The position numbers and the translations under genes were made by a program. A stretch of DNA of 47,203 bases from Octopus bimaculoides (taxonomy: Eukaryota). The notes under the pieces were generated by a model that ran no database searches, was not told the DNA's origin, and was given only the letters and a program-made list of their open reading frames with translations. Location of the stretch: contig NC_068986.1 in assembly GCF_001194135.2 (NCBI RefSeq), positions 68,828,182 through 68,875,384 on the forward strand, written 5' to 3'. Shown here piece by piece: positions 32,705-43,449 of the stretch (positions within the stretch are counted from its first letter, which is position 1; each line of letters opens with the position of its first letter).

Positions 32705-33679
32705 CTTTGGAGAAAAAAAAAGTAATAAGAAAATTAAAGATCAATTTCAGGGAAAGCAAACTAACACCATACTATTTCAATACTATTACCAGCAAACTGC
32801 TGAAAGTATTTTTCAGCTTAATTCCCAGATGAATACATCAGAGTATGTGAACAATCAACATTTACCTTTCTGGCATATATGTATTTAAAAATATAGACTG
32901 ATTTACTTAGCAGTGATCCTGATAGCTTCATAGTCCACTGTGCTTATAGGTGGAATAAAAAAAAACACCTGAAAACAAAATTCAGCACTAGAAAGAGCAC
33001 ACAGCCATAGAACAAAAATATTTTGTTCAACCTATATCATTATAAGAAAAACAAAGATTGTTTCTCACAGGCGAAACAGTTAACTGAATAAAGTGCACCT
33101 AATGCCAGGCAACTGCATTATAATAAACTGTTGGTATGCCTAACAACAACCATGCAACACAATGGTCTGCACTTGGTCGAAACCCAATGATGCATAACAT
33201 ACAAGCCCAACAAAAGGCAGCTGGAGCAGAGATTAAAATCAACCATGCAATACATGGAGATACTGGAGGCTTCCTTGTATCTGGAGTAGTAGCTATCAAA
33301 GTAAGGCATCTTTGTATTGTATTTAGACATTACTATCATACAAATTAATTTTCAATTATAAATTCTTTTGTATTTATATTTTAGTATTAGTAATAAAAAA
33401 CATTTGGACTTAAACTTTATACAAATAAATGCGGTAACGTTCACTTTCATTTCACCAATGATTCCTGCCTTAAATTGCTTCATTTTCACACCTTCAAGAG
33501 AAAGATCGCCTAATTATACTGACGAGACTACTACAGCAACATCCACTAAAGCACAGGAAAGAAAAAAATTACAAATTCTCACAACAGATTTTAAACTGTG
33601 TGCATGAGAAAATGTATTTCTATTTGTGAATCTTTTATATCACAAATAGAAATACATCGGCATCTTAGACAAGTGAGTT

Positions 33680-33830
33680 CCACTATAGCCCCGGGCCGAT
33701 CTAAGCCTTGCAAGTGGATTTAATAGACGGATACTGAAAGAAGCCCACCATTTGTCTGTCCCCCACCAGTGGCGGTTTGTTTACGTCCCTGCAATTTAGC
33801 GGTTCGATCGAAGACACTGATAAAATAGTA
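33680..33830 (+). mobile_element. SINE family A fragment
   Basis: CTATAGCCCCGGGCCGA..AAGCCTTG..AGTGGATTT..GACGGA.ACTGAAAGAAGCCC. Confidence 0.65.
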
Positions 33831-35178
33831 CTGAAATGCGTGGAGTTCTAGTTTAAACATCCTCTATAACCTCTTACATCTTTTTGGAATTTTCATAAAG
33901 TTCTAGCGAATTTTAGGCCATCTTATTTTTGTTTTCAAGTGAAAGATGTCTGTACCTGTATGTGTGTTATGTATACGTGCATACATAAATACATAGACCT
34001 TTTTTGTATGTGTGAGTGAGTGAGTGCCACCTAGATATACATGCGAACACACATACACACTCTCCACAAAAATGCTTTACGGAATCTCACATTTTCGGCT
34101 ATGGAGATTTCAATTCTGAAATTTTTTTTTCACAAATCGCAACTTCAAATTTCTACCCCCACCCACCCCTTCTTCATTTTCTACTTTTCCGGAATTTTTT
34201 TGCGAAATACATAGAAAAATACGGGGATTCTGATTCTGAAAATAAATTGTAAAATTTCAACTTTTCGGACCCTACCACCCTAAACTCCTCTCCTCCCGAT
34301 TCTACGGCCTTGGCCATCAAGCAGGCTATATCCACATGCTAGAAATAACAGCCAAATCTCACAAAACTGCGATAACATAATGAAAGAAATATGTAATCTA
34401 TTCACTTTTCTGCAAAGATTTTTTTCAGAGTATTTTTTTTTGAANNNNNNNNNNNNNNNNNNNNNNNNNNNNNNNNNNNNNNNNNNNNNNNNNNNNNNNN
34501 NNNNNNNNNNNNNNNNNNNNNNNNNNNNNNNNNNNNNNNNNNNNNNNNNNNNNNNNNNNNNNNNNNNNNNNNNNNNNNNNNNNNNNNNNNNNNNNNNNNN
34601 NNNNNNNNNNNNNNNNNNNNNNNNNNNNNNNNNNNNNNNNNNNNNNNNNNNNNNNNNNNNNNNNNNNNNNNNNNNNNNNNNNNNNNNNNNNNNNNNNNNN
34701 NNNNNNNNNNNNNNNNNNNNNNNNNNNNNNNNNNNNNNNNNNNNNNNNNNNNNNNNNNNNNNNNNNNNNNNNNNNNNNNNNNNNNNNNNNNNNNNNNNNN
34801 NNNNNNNNNNNNNNNNNNNNNNNNNNNNNNNNNNNNNNNNNNNNNNNNNNNNNNNNNNNNNNNNNNNNNNNNNNNNNNNNNNNNNNNNNNNNNNNNNNNN
34901 NNNNNNNNNNNNNNNNNNNNNNNNNNNNNNNNNNNNNNNNNNNNNNNNNNNNNNNNNNNNNNNNNNNNNNNNNNNNNNNNNNNNNNNNNNNNNNNNNNNN
35001 NNNNNNNNNNNNNNNNNNNNNNNNNNNNNNNNNNNNNNNNNNNNNNNNNNNNNNNNNNNNNNNNNNNNNNNNNNNNNNNNNNNNNNNNNNNNNNNNNNNN
35101 NNNNNNNNNNNNNNNNNNNNNNNNNNNNNNNNNNNNNNNNNNNNNNNNNNNNNNNNNNNNNNNNNNNNNNNCATGCCA

Positions 35179-36033
35179 ACTATTCAAAACAATGTCAGAT
35201 TGACAAAGAAACCAGGAAGGTATTGGGTGGTCGTGAGTTGTGCAAAAAAACACCAGCTAAATCGTCCTTAAATCACGCGAGTCGTGACTAGTCGATCCTA
35301 CGACTACCTAGCGCGTCATGCGCAAAACATGTATGAGGGTTTTTTTCTAAACAAAGTAAATATTTTTTTTAAAACTAAGATGATCTTTCGATACAATGCC
35401 CAGAAATGTCATCCCTTGTTCAATGGTATCAGTACATGAAGGGCATTACAAGTAATTATCTTTTGCGTAACCTTTACCAAATTGGTGGACTTGAGCGCAA
35501 ATACAACAGAGGATGGGATAGAGAGGATAAAAATAGGTTTTTAGAACGTTGTAGCTCTAAAACTCTTCAGCCACTTATTAAAAAATTTATCAAACCAGGG
35601 ACGACTATATATTCTGATTGTTGGAGTGCGTACAATGGGATTACTGAAATAGATGTGACACCAAAATACACCCTGGAAGAACGTAAAACGACGTTTTAGG
35701 AGTAAGGTGTGGAAGATTTAAAAAAAAAAAAATTTAATTTGTGTTTTATTTACTTTGTTTTAAAAAAGTCATACATGTTTTGCGCATACGCGCAAGATAG
35801 TCGTTGTAGGATACACAACTAGCTAGCACGGATGCGCAAGTGAGCGCACCGGGACCACTCGTCTTGAATAGTAGATCAGTAACACCGTACGTATTCTTTA
35901 CTTTCGCCCATTAATGTGTTTACGGGGAGAAAACTATTCAAAACAATATATGTCAGATTGACAAAGAAACCAGGAAAGTATTGGGCGGTCGTGAATTGTG
36001 CAAAAAACACCAGCTAAATCGTCCTTAAATCAC
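35179..36033. repeat. ~100-bp direct repeat pair (35179-35276 and 35932-36033) bracketing the Merlin remnant
   Basis: ACTATTCAAAACAAT..GTCAGATTGACAAAGAAACCAGGAA..CACCAGCTAAATCGTCCTTAAATCAC occurs twice. Confidence 0.9.
35277..35856 (+). mobile_element. Internally deleted Merlin (IS1595/ISXO2-like) transposon
   Basis: ORF fragment RCSSKTLQPLIKKFIKPGTTIYSDCWSAYNGI. Inverted ends GCGCAAAACATGTATGA / TCATACATGTTTTGCGC; right end finishes GCGCACCGGGACC. Confidence 0.75.
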
Positions 36034-36447
36034 ACATACCCCACCCCCAAAAACGTATGAATTCCTGTGTGTAGAATACAGATTCGTAAAAAATTTCAGA
36101 AAATAAAATTATGAGGGGTTATATCGGGTGCTTAAACTAGAATTCCGCCAAAAATCCTATTCTTCCGTATTTAAAATAAATTTATAAAACGTTCTTTATA
36201 AAAGAGAAGTCAGAAAGAGTACTTATTTCGAGATAATTTTAAGCAATACAAAACCATTCTTGTAAGCAGCGTATAGAACCTAAAATTTTTCTGTTATTCT
36301 GAAAAGAACAGTAAAAGTGGAACATTGAAGCAGTTACTCAACTCATAAAATGGGCGCGGTCTATTTTACAACATATCTACTGCGCACATGTTTAGGCGGA
36401 AGGACCCAAAATTGTTCAGTTGTAATGGTTCTTTACGAGGTAGAGAC

Positions 36448-36981
36448 GGACTATATGTAATCTGAACCTTTCCCCACCTTATTTATTAATTTTTTTAACG
36501 GAATCCCACGTTTTAGGCTATGGAGACTCCGATTCTGNNNNNNNNNNNNNNNNNNNNNNNNNNNNNNNNNNNNNNNNNNNNNNNNNNNNNNNNNNNNNNN
36601 NNNNNNNNNNNNNNNNNNNNNNNNNNNNNNNNNNNNNNNNNNNNNNNNNNNNNNNNNNNNNNNNNNNNNNNNNNNNNNNNNNNNNNNNNNNNNNNNNNNN
36701 NNNNNNNNNNNNNNNNNNNNNNNNNNNNNNNNNNNNNNNNNNNNNNNNNNNNNNNNNNNNNNNNNNNNNNNNNNNNNNNNNNNNNNNNNNNNNNNNNNNN
36801 NNNNNNNNNNNNNNNNNNNNNNNNNNNNNNNNNNNNNNNNNNNNNNNNNNNNNNNNNNNNNNNNNNNNNNNNNNNNNNNNNNTTTTTTCAGAATCGGAAT
36901 CTCCATAGCCTAAAACGTGGGATTCCGTAAAAAAAAAAAAAATAATAATAAGTGAGGAAAGGTTCAGATTACATATAGTCC
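36448..36981. mobile_element. MITE/foldback with ~95-bp visible TIRs spanning a gap
   Basis: GGACTATATGTAATCTGAACCTTTCC..GGAATCCCACGTTTTAGGCTATGGAG is mirrored after the gap. Related sequence at about 34075-34130. Confidence 0.75.
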
Positions 36982-38623
36982 ATCTGGAGTTTTCGATAAA
37001 ATTTTGGCATATCTACGTCAAGTGTGTTCAACAACTTTGTTACCTCATAACTTCCGGAAAAATGAAGATTTTTCTACAAATATTTTTCGTGGGGGAAGAA
37101 ATAGAGAGGAGGTCCGATTTACTCACACGAGTGTCGACTATTTCCTTATAGCTTTCAGAAAGATGGGTAATTTTAAACGAAATTTCCCACAAATACCATT
37201 CAGATAGTGTACATTACAATTACATATGAATTCAACAAGAAAATAATACATAAAAGAAATTGTCACACATATTACACATATGTACAAAAGCTTGAAATTG
37301 TTATGCGCGTCAGTAGGTGTACACCTACGAATTTTTACCCACCCCTGGGAATTCAATTTCGATATGATCATAAATCTACACCATTTGAAATGCATTTGTA
37401 GAAAATACCATTTAGAGATATTCATCTTTCTCAAAGTTATGAGGAAACAAAATTCGGAGAAGGCCGGGGGAGAGGGGGCACTTGTGTAGGTATGCCTAAT
37501 TTAATACAAATTATTTTGTAATGCCGGTATTAAATTGAAAAATTTCGGACTCTCATATATTAGCAAGTTACTGTTAAGTTTAATTTCCAAGGGATAACAA
37601 AACCGAAAAATGTATTTTTGAAAATTTTCAGGATAATGCAGTTTCCAAGACGAGAAGCACAAAAAATATGGAGAAAGAGGAAGATACATATGAAAGAGAG
37701 GAAGAATAGCTTGAGAGAAATATGCTCTAAACCGGAACTTAATTATATTAAAGCCCCCCAACTATTTTTATATATTTTAAAAAAACAACCCTTTCTTTCA
37801 ATGTTCACACAATAGAAGAGAAACATTTTAAATAGAGAGAGTGCTCGATTAATATAGTCAAAGTGTAATATATGGTAGCTGCGGAGTAATTCATTTAGAC
37901 TGTGTACTGTGGTTCAACTGCGCAGGAGTATCTTTAGAACGTGTCAAATGCGCGCCCTACTTTACCAAGAATTAAAAATGTCGAATCAATTCACCGGCGC
38001 CATATTTACTTTTCGATTATTTCTTTGGGGGTTTTCTTTTTGTTGTCAACACGAAAAATTGGAATTCTTTAAAAAAAAAAAAAAAAAAACCGGTCTTGTT
38101 TCGGCTGCCGGTCTTTGAGCTCGGACTATGTACTTTGAAAAGAGATATTTCCATTAATGTTAAATAGTATTAATACAATCCTCATGAGAGAGAGAGATTG
38201 GGGGGGGGGAGAGCAAAATCAACAGTTCGACTCTCAATCCGATAAAAAGACAAAAAAATCAGTCGAAGAGGACATGCAAAGTGATACATCCGTTTGAGGG
38301 CCACGAAATATACGCTTTGTGATAAGCTTAAATAGGTTGAACAAACGTTTAACATGTTCTACCAGGAGTGAATAAATAACTGCAATTAAAATAATTCATG
38401 CGAAAACCAGTTTAAAATTAAATGGCAAATGTAACAAGTGCTGATTGAACCATTTGCTTAGATAGACATAAATCAATTAGATTTATTTCCTATAATTTTT
38501 GGAAAGAGGGAAGTCAAATATACAACATATGGCATTCAATAGTTTACATAAACCAAATGAAAAAAGAAATTACAATATATGTTCATGTGAAGTTTTTAAG
38601 GAAGTAATAATAGAAATTCAAAC

Positions 38624-39526
38624 CTTAGAAGTTTTATGGTGTACGTTCGTGTCCGTATAGATTTTATTCCATCTGTCGTTGGCTTTTCCTATGATACTGG
38701 GAATGGAGTCTGTATTTTCAGTTTTTGTATTTTGAGTATTTTCAAACAGTTCATTGAAAGAAAAGCAAGGGGTATTAGAAAACAAGATATCATCATCGTA
38801 ATCTTCATCATAGTCATCACTATCACACTCATCATCGCTTTCCACTAACTGAAAAACGGTTTTCCAAAATGGGACGTCTTTGGTACATGGTAAATCGTTA
38901 CAATTTGTGTCTGAATTAAAATCCCAATTTTCGTCACCACTAGCATCCTCAAAAGAAAAATGTCCATCATCATCGCTATCCTGCCCATCATGAGCAGAGC
39001 TGTGCAGATCAGTAAAAGAGTCTAAAGTAGTGGAGTTCATTGAACTCTTGCTGCTCGGACTGAATAACAAGTCGTACTCGCTTTTTGGGGAGTATGCTTC
39101 TTCTTCATCTGAAGGGTTTTCTAAGGAGTTAGATTCGCTAATAAGACTATCGTATTCAATAGCTAAGTCGAATGGGGTATCAGCATCATCACTTACAGGG
39201 GTCAACGCGATGGTGTCGGGAATAGAACCGACCGCGTTTTTTGCATGCTGTCGGTTCATTTCAATATTTTTTGTATTTAATATACGGCTTATGTTACTGT
39301 GAGTACAGTCGCCACAGTTCAGCTGCATAAACAGCATATGTCTTTGTAAATGCACGACACTTAACTTGGCAATAAAGTCTATCAGAGAATCGCCGTTCGA
39401 CGATTTTGGAGCGCCGTAAGTAAAGCCGTCTTCCCTTGGTGTCGTTAAGTGGCACACTTTTGGACTCGCCATCTCATCACATGCTTCGTGAGAACTAAAT
39501 GGATTTATTAAAGCAGGTGGTGCCAT
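38624..39526 (-). CDS. PPP1R15: PPP1R15, main coding exon (acidic, Ser-rich, PEST-like region)
   Basis: ATG at 39526 in strong context (ACAATGG); 301 codons open; Asp/Glu/Ser-rich; ANDRW near the end. Phase-0 donor AAG|GTTTGA joins ..TSK to VRF, giving KVRF. Total about 374 aa; intron 32705-38623. Confidence 0.85.
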
Positions 39527-39584
39527 TGTGATGCGAAATCCAAGTATATATATAATAGTCAAATGCGATTAGCTGTTTGTTTTT

Positions 39585-39845
39585 TCAGAAATTGTTTTGA
39601 ATGCGGTGTTGGTGATGGTCAACAAATGTAGCAGAATTGTTTTTGTAGAGTTTGTGACAGGGTGGAAAGGAATATTGAAGCCAATATCTATCGAGTTTAT
39701 TCCAGTATTTATCAGTGTAATTTACCTTTGTCATGAAATATTGGGAACCATCATTTTCAGTACAGCTGCAACGTTTAAAATCATCGGCGAACAAAGTAGA
39801 CGAAAAATCAAGATCGGAGCATAGTGTGGAACATAATACATCCAT
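39585..39845 (-). other. 86-codon upstream ORF in the PPP1R15 leader
   Basis: ATG in GAAATGG context; stop 58 nt before the main ATG; out of frame with the main ORF. Confidence 0.55.
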
Positions 39846-39916
39846 TTCTGTAAAAAATATAAATCCAATTAGAGAAAGTAAACTGTTTGCATAAAATAAA
39901 GCAACACTTGTCGAAA

Positions 39917-39963
39917 TTATTCAGCGGAGGGCATTAATCACGAAGCATTTGTATTCCTTTCAT
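39917..39963 (-). other. Two short overlapping uORFs (MKGIQMLRD* 39963-39934 and MPSAE* 39934-39917)
   Basis: Manual translation; the stop and start overlap as TAATG. Valid only if the TSS is near 39974. Confidence 0.45.
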
Positions 39964-39973
39964 ATTTTGTGAG

Positions 39974-40005
39974 TGACACAATTAACGGAAGTTACACTAT
40001 TTATA
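39974..40005 (-). promoter_or_regulatory. TATA box plus initiator of PPP1R15 (predicted TSS about 39974)
   Basis: TATAAATA at 40005-39998 and TCACTC with its A at 39974, 31 nt downstream of the TATA start. Confidence 0.55.
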
Positions 40006-40221
40006 GTTAGCGCATTGATTTTTAATCGCGCATAGAAAATAGTTCCACATTAAAAATGAAAACTAACTAAAATTTGTCATTTTCAAAAAATACTAGACTT
40101 TGGATTTTAAAGTAATTAATATGAATTCTACTATTAAATTATCTGTAACAAAAAAAATTCGCACAAATTATTTCCTGTAGACGAAAACGAAATTTTTAAA
40201 AATTTAACATGGCTACCGGTT

Positions 40222-40230
40222 ATTGCATCA
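40222..40230. promoter_or_regulatory. C/EBP-ATF (CARE/AARE) ATF4-type site ATTGCATCA
   Basis: Exact TGATGCAAT on the gene strand, about 250 bp upstream of the predicted TSS. Confidence 0.5.
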
Positions 40231-40739
40231 GCCAAAGGAGAAAAAAAGTTAAAGTGTTATTCACGCGATCACTTGCGTTTTATTATGCATCTAAAAACAA
40301 AGTGAAACACAAATTATTGTTTTAAAATATTAAATTATATGATAATACAATTATAACCAAACATTTCTAAGACATAGCTGCAGAAACACACTGAGTGCGA
40401 AAATAACACTGTGTTTTCAGTTTCAAGCATTTGGAAAAGTTTGATTTCTGTTGATAAATTAGCATGTAAAAAGTGAAGACAAAATTTCATGAGATAATAA
40501 TCATGACTTTTATTGAAGAAAGTTGGTGTATTTATAATCAACATGAATACCTGTCCATTCCACATTCACAGTCATAATGTTGTTAATTTAGCATTTTTAA
40601 GTAAATTTTCAGTAGAGCATATGGTGGGTGGGAAAAAATTTTAGGAAATTCATTTTAGTTGCAAATAAATTTCCTAAAATTTATTTGCGTCTTTTTAGCA
40701 TTATGCATATATATTCTTGATTCAGACTGCGACTACGAG

Positions 40740-40985
40740 GGGTCCCCAAGTTATGGGGACAAACAAACCAACACCGGTTGTCAAGTGGTGGTAGTGGGGG
40801 CAAACAGACACAAAGACACTCATATACATACATACATTTATGTATTTGACGGTCTTCTTTTAGTGTCCGTCTACCAAATCCACTCAAGGCTTTGGTTGGC
40901 CCAAGGCTATAGTGGAAAACTCTTCCCCAAGGTGCTACACAGTAGGACTGAACCTGGATCTATGTGGTTGGGAAGCAAACTTCTT
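40740..40985 (-). mobile_element. SINE family A
   Basis: GTCTACCAAATCCACTC..GGCTATAGT..AGGACTGAACCTGGA..GGTTGGGAAGCAAAC. Confidence 0.75.
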
Positions 40986-41200
40986 TATTTCTTTTAAATT
41001 ACCATAAAGGCATTACATAGAGGGGGACACTACAACACATGTAAATGAACATGAAAAATATTAAAATCAAAATATTAAAATGATACATGAATGATAACTT
41101 GAGAAATGAGAATATGAAAAGTGTGTTACTCACCTCACACTAACACCACTCGCCACCTCTGAGTACTGAGTCCTCTTTAGTCTTTGATCTAGTCTTTCGT

Positions 41201-42154
41201 TTACTGTTTTCCCATCACTGAGTGACAGCACTCTCTCCTCCATGTACACATAACCTTTTTCACCGGGGAAGAGGTCTTGTAAATTTTGTGGAGTCTGTTC
41301 CTTTTTTTTTCCTGTGGAGAGAGGGGGTGGGTGGGTTTGGTGTCTGTATGGGGAGGGTATGTCTGAGTGGTCTTGGGTGGGATAGAGTTGGTCTGGGGTC
41401 CCACATTACACTGACTGTTCTTCCTCTTCTTTCTCTTTTTCCTTTTATTCTCTGTCACTGTCCATTCATCCTCCTTCTTCCTTCCATCTATCTGTACTTC
41501 TTCCTTTTTCTCCTCCGTCTCCAGCACTGCTTCTTTTGTCATTTTCCTCTGTAGAGGGCAGTGAGCTCTAATGTGGCCTTTTTGGCCACATTTAAAGCAT
41601 TGCGGAACTCTACCCTCTACCCATACTCTCAATACTATTTCTCCCAACGTCACCGTCTCCGCCAAATTTTCCAGCTGCTTCGCCTCTGCTTGTATGATGA
41701 TTTCCAATGTTTTTCCTTTATATCCTCCTTCCTCCATCCCTGTGGCTTGGAGGACAGCCACCTCCTCCTCACTACCAATGAGGACGGCTGCTGCAACCCA
41801 AGCCACTTCTATATCAGGTGGGATTCCTTCTACCCTCACCTTAGAAGTCTTACTTCGAAGGTATGTGGGTAGAAGTACTACTTTCTCCATTCTCACCGTT
41901 GTGCTCACCAGCCTCTTTACCTTCTCCACTGTCCTAAACTGGACAACCACTGTCCCATATCCATTTCCTTTCGCTATATATGTTACTTTGTTCGAAAGCC
42001 CCTTCAGAGCTTTTTCTACTTTTTCCATCTCCATCCGCTCCACCTTCCTACTCTCCACTGAGTACACCTTGTAGGTAATTGTCTTCTTTTCCATATTTTC
42101 CAAGACCCTTTTCGGGGGTAATAACTTTATGTCACCGCCCACCTTCTGTGTCAT
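41201..42154 (-). mobile_element. Gag-like ORF1 of a non-LTR retrotransposon (CCHC zinc knuckle), no ORF2
   Basis: 317-aa open frame with CFKCGQKGHIRAHC, an RRM-like N-terminal half, a basic KRKKRKKRK tract and a Pro/Thr-rich tail. Confidence 0.75.
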
Positions 42155-42763
42155 CTTACACAGCTCCTTCAGTCCAGCTAGGTCTCCCTTTTCTTCACCT
42201 CTGCAAAACTCTTTACTCTTTCCAAATGCTCATCCATTCTATTTACCACCTTAACAAGCTCCTCCTCTGCTGAGGACAGTTAATACTCGCTAAGGTCTGA
42301 ATATGTTCCTTTCCCGGTACAACACTCAACGACAAACCGCTGCCAAGCAGCTCAAAAAATAATGTCCGTCTCATCAAACATCAACACAGCAAATAGACTA
42401 ACGCATGCACGGGAAGCAAGCTTCTTACCACACAACTTATGATATATATATTTCTTTTATTTTCTTTTACTTGTTTCAGTCAGTGGACACTACCTCGAGG
42501 TAGTCAATCAAACAAATCGACCTCAATACTTAATTTTTTAAAGCCTAGTATTTAATTCATCAGTCTCCTTTCTGCCCGAACTACGAAGTTATGGAGATAT
42601 AAACAAGCCAATAACACCAGTCATAAATTTCCAGTCACATCTTGCCTGTAGATCTTGTGCACATACAAGTGAAACTAAGGGACTAACTCAGAATAAATTA
42701 TGAAATATATTATTAATCTTTACTATGGTATTGAGAACTCTTTCTCAAGTTTGTTAACATTAG

Positions 42764-42809
<46 letters not shown>

Positions 42810-42844
42810 CTACCTTCACGGTAATCCCTAAAAGCATGTTGGAG

Positions 42845-43420
42845 CATCATCATCATTATTTAATGTCCACTTTCCATGCTGGCATAGGCTAGACAGTTTG
42901 ACTGAGGACTGACAAGCCAGGAGGCTGCACCAGGCTCCAGCCTGACCTAGCAAAGTTTTTACAGCTGGATGATGCCCTTACTAATGCCAACCACTCTGAG
43001 AGTGTAGCGGTTGCTTTTTACGTGTCACCATCACAGGGGCCAGTCAGGCAGCACTGGCATCGACCACATTTGAATGATGCTTTTTATGTGTTACTGGCAG
43101 GGGAGCCAGTCAGGCGGCACTGGCATCGACCATGCTCAAATGGTGCTTTTTACATGCCACCAGAACGAGTGCCAGTCAGGCAGCACTGGCATTAGCAACG
43201 ACTACTATTTCACTTGACTCAAAAGGTCTTCTCAAGCACAGCATATTGCCTGACGATTCAAGGGTACTTTTAAATGGGCTGGTTATATGACACTGGCATC
43301 GGCCATGGCTACAATCTCACTTGGCTTGCCAAGTCTTCGCAAGCACAGCATATCTCCAAAGGTCTCGTCATTGCTTCTGTGAAGCCCAGCCCAATGTTTG
43401 AAGGTCGTGCTTCACCATCA
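42845..43420 (-). mobile_element. RTE LINE 3' end with a 66-bp hairpin repeat array
   Basis: (ATC)n tail; VKHDLQTLG..AVL-type C-terminal coding remnant; GCCAGT-N8-ACTGGC at 43039, 43105 and 43171. Confidence 0.8.
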
Positions 43421-43449
43421 TTGAAAAGTTTATGGAAAAAAGTACAGGA

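Noticed and set aside
39527-39562. N-terminal extension MTIIYILGFRIT of the PPP1R15 ORF
   Set aside because: It begins at TTG, whereas the ATG at 39526 has a strong context.
41222-42074. Plus-strand ORFs of 103-167 aa
   Set aside because: Antisense shadows of the purine-biased ORF1; no recognisable domain.
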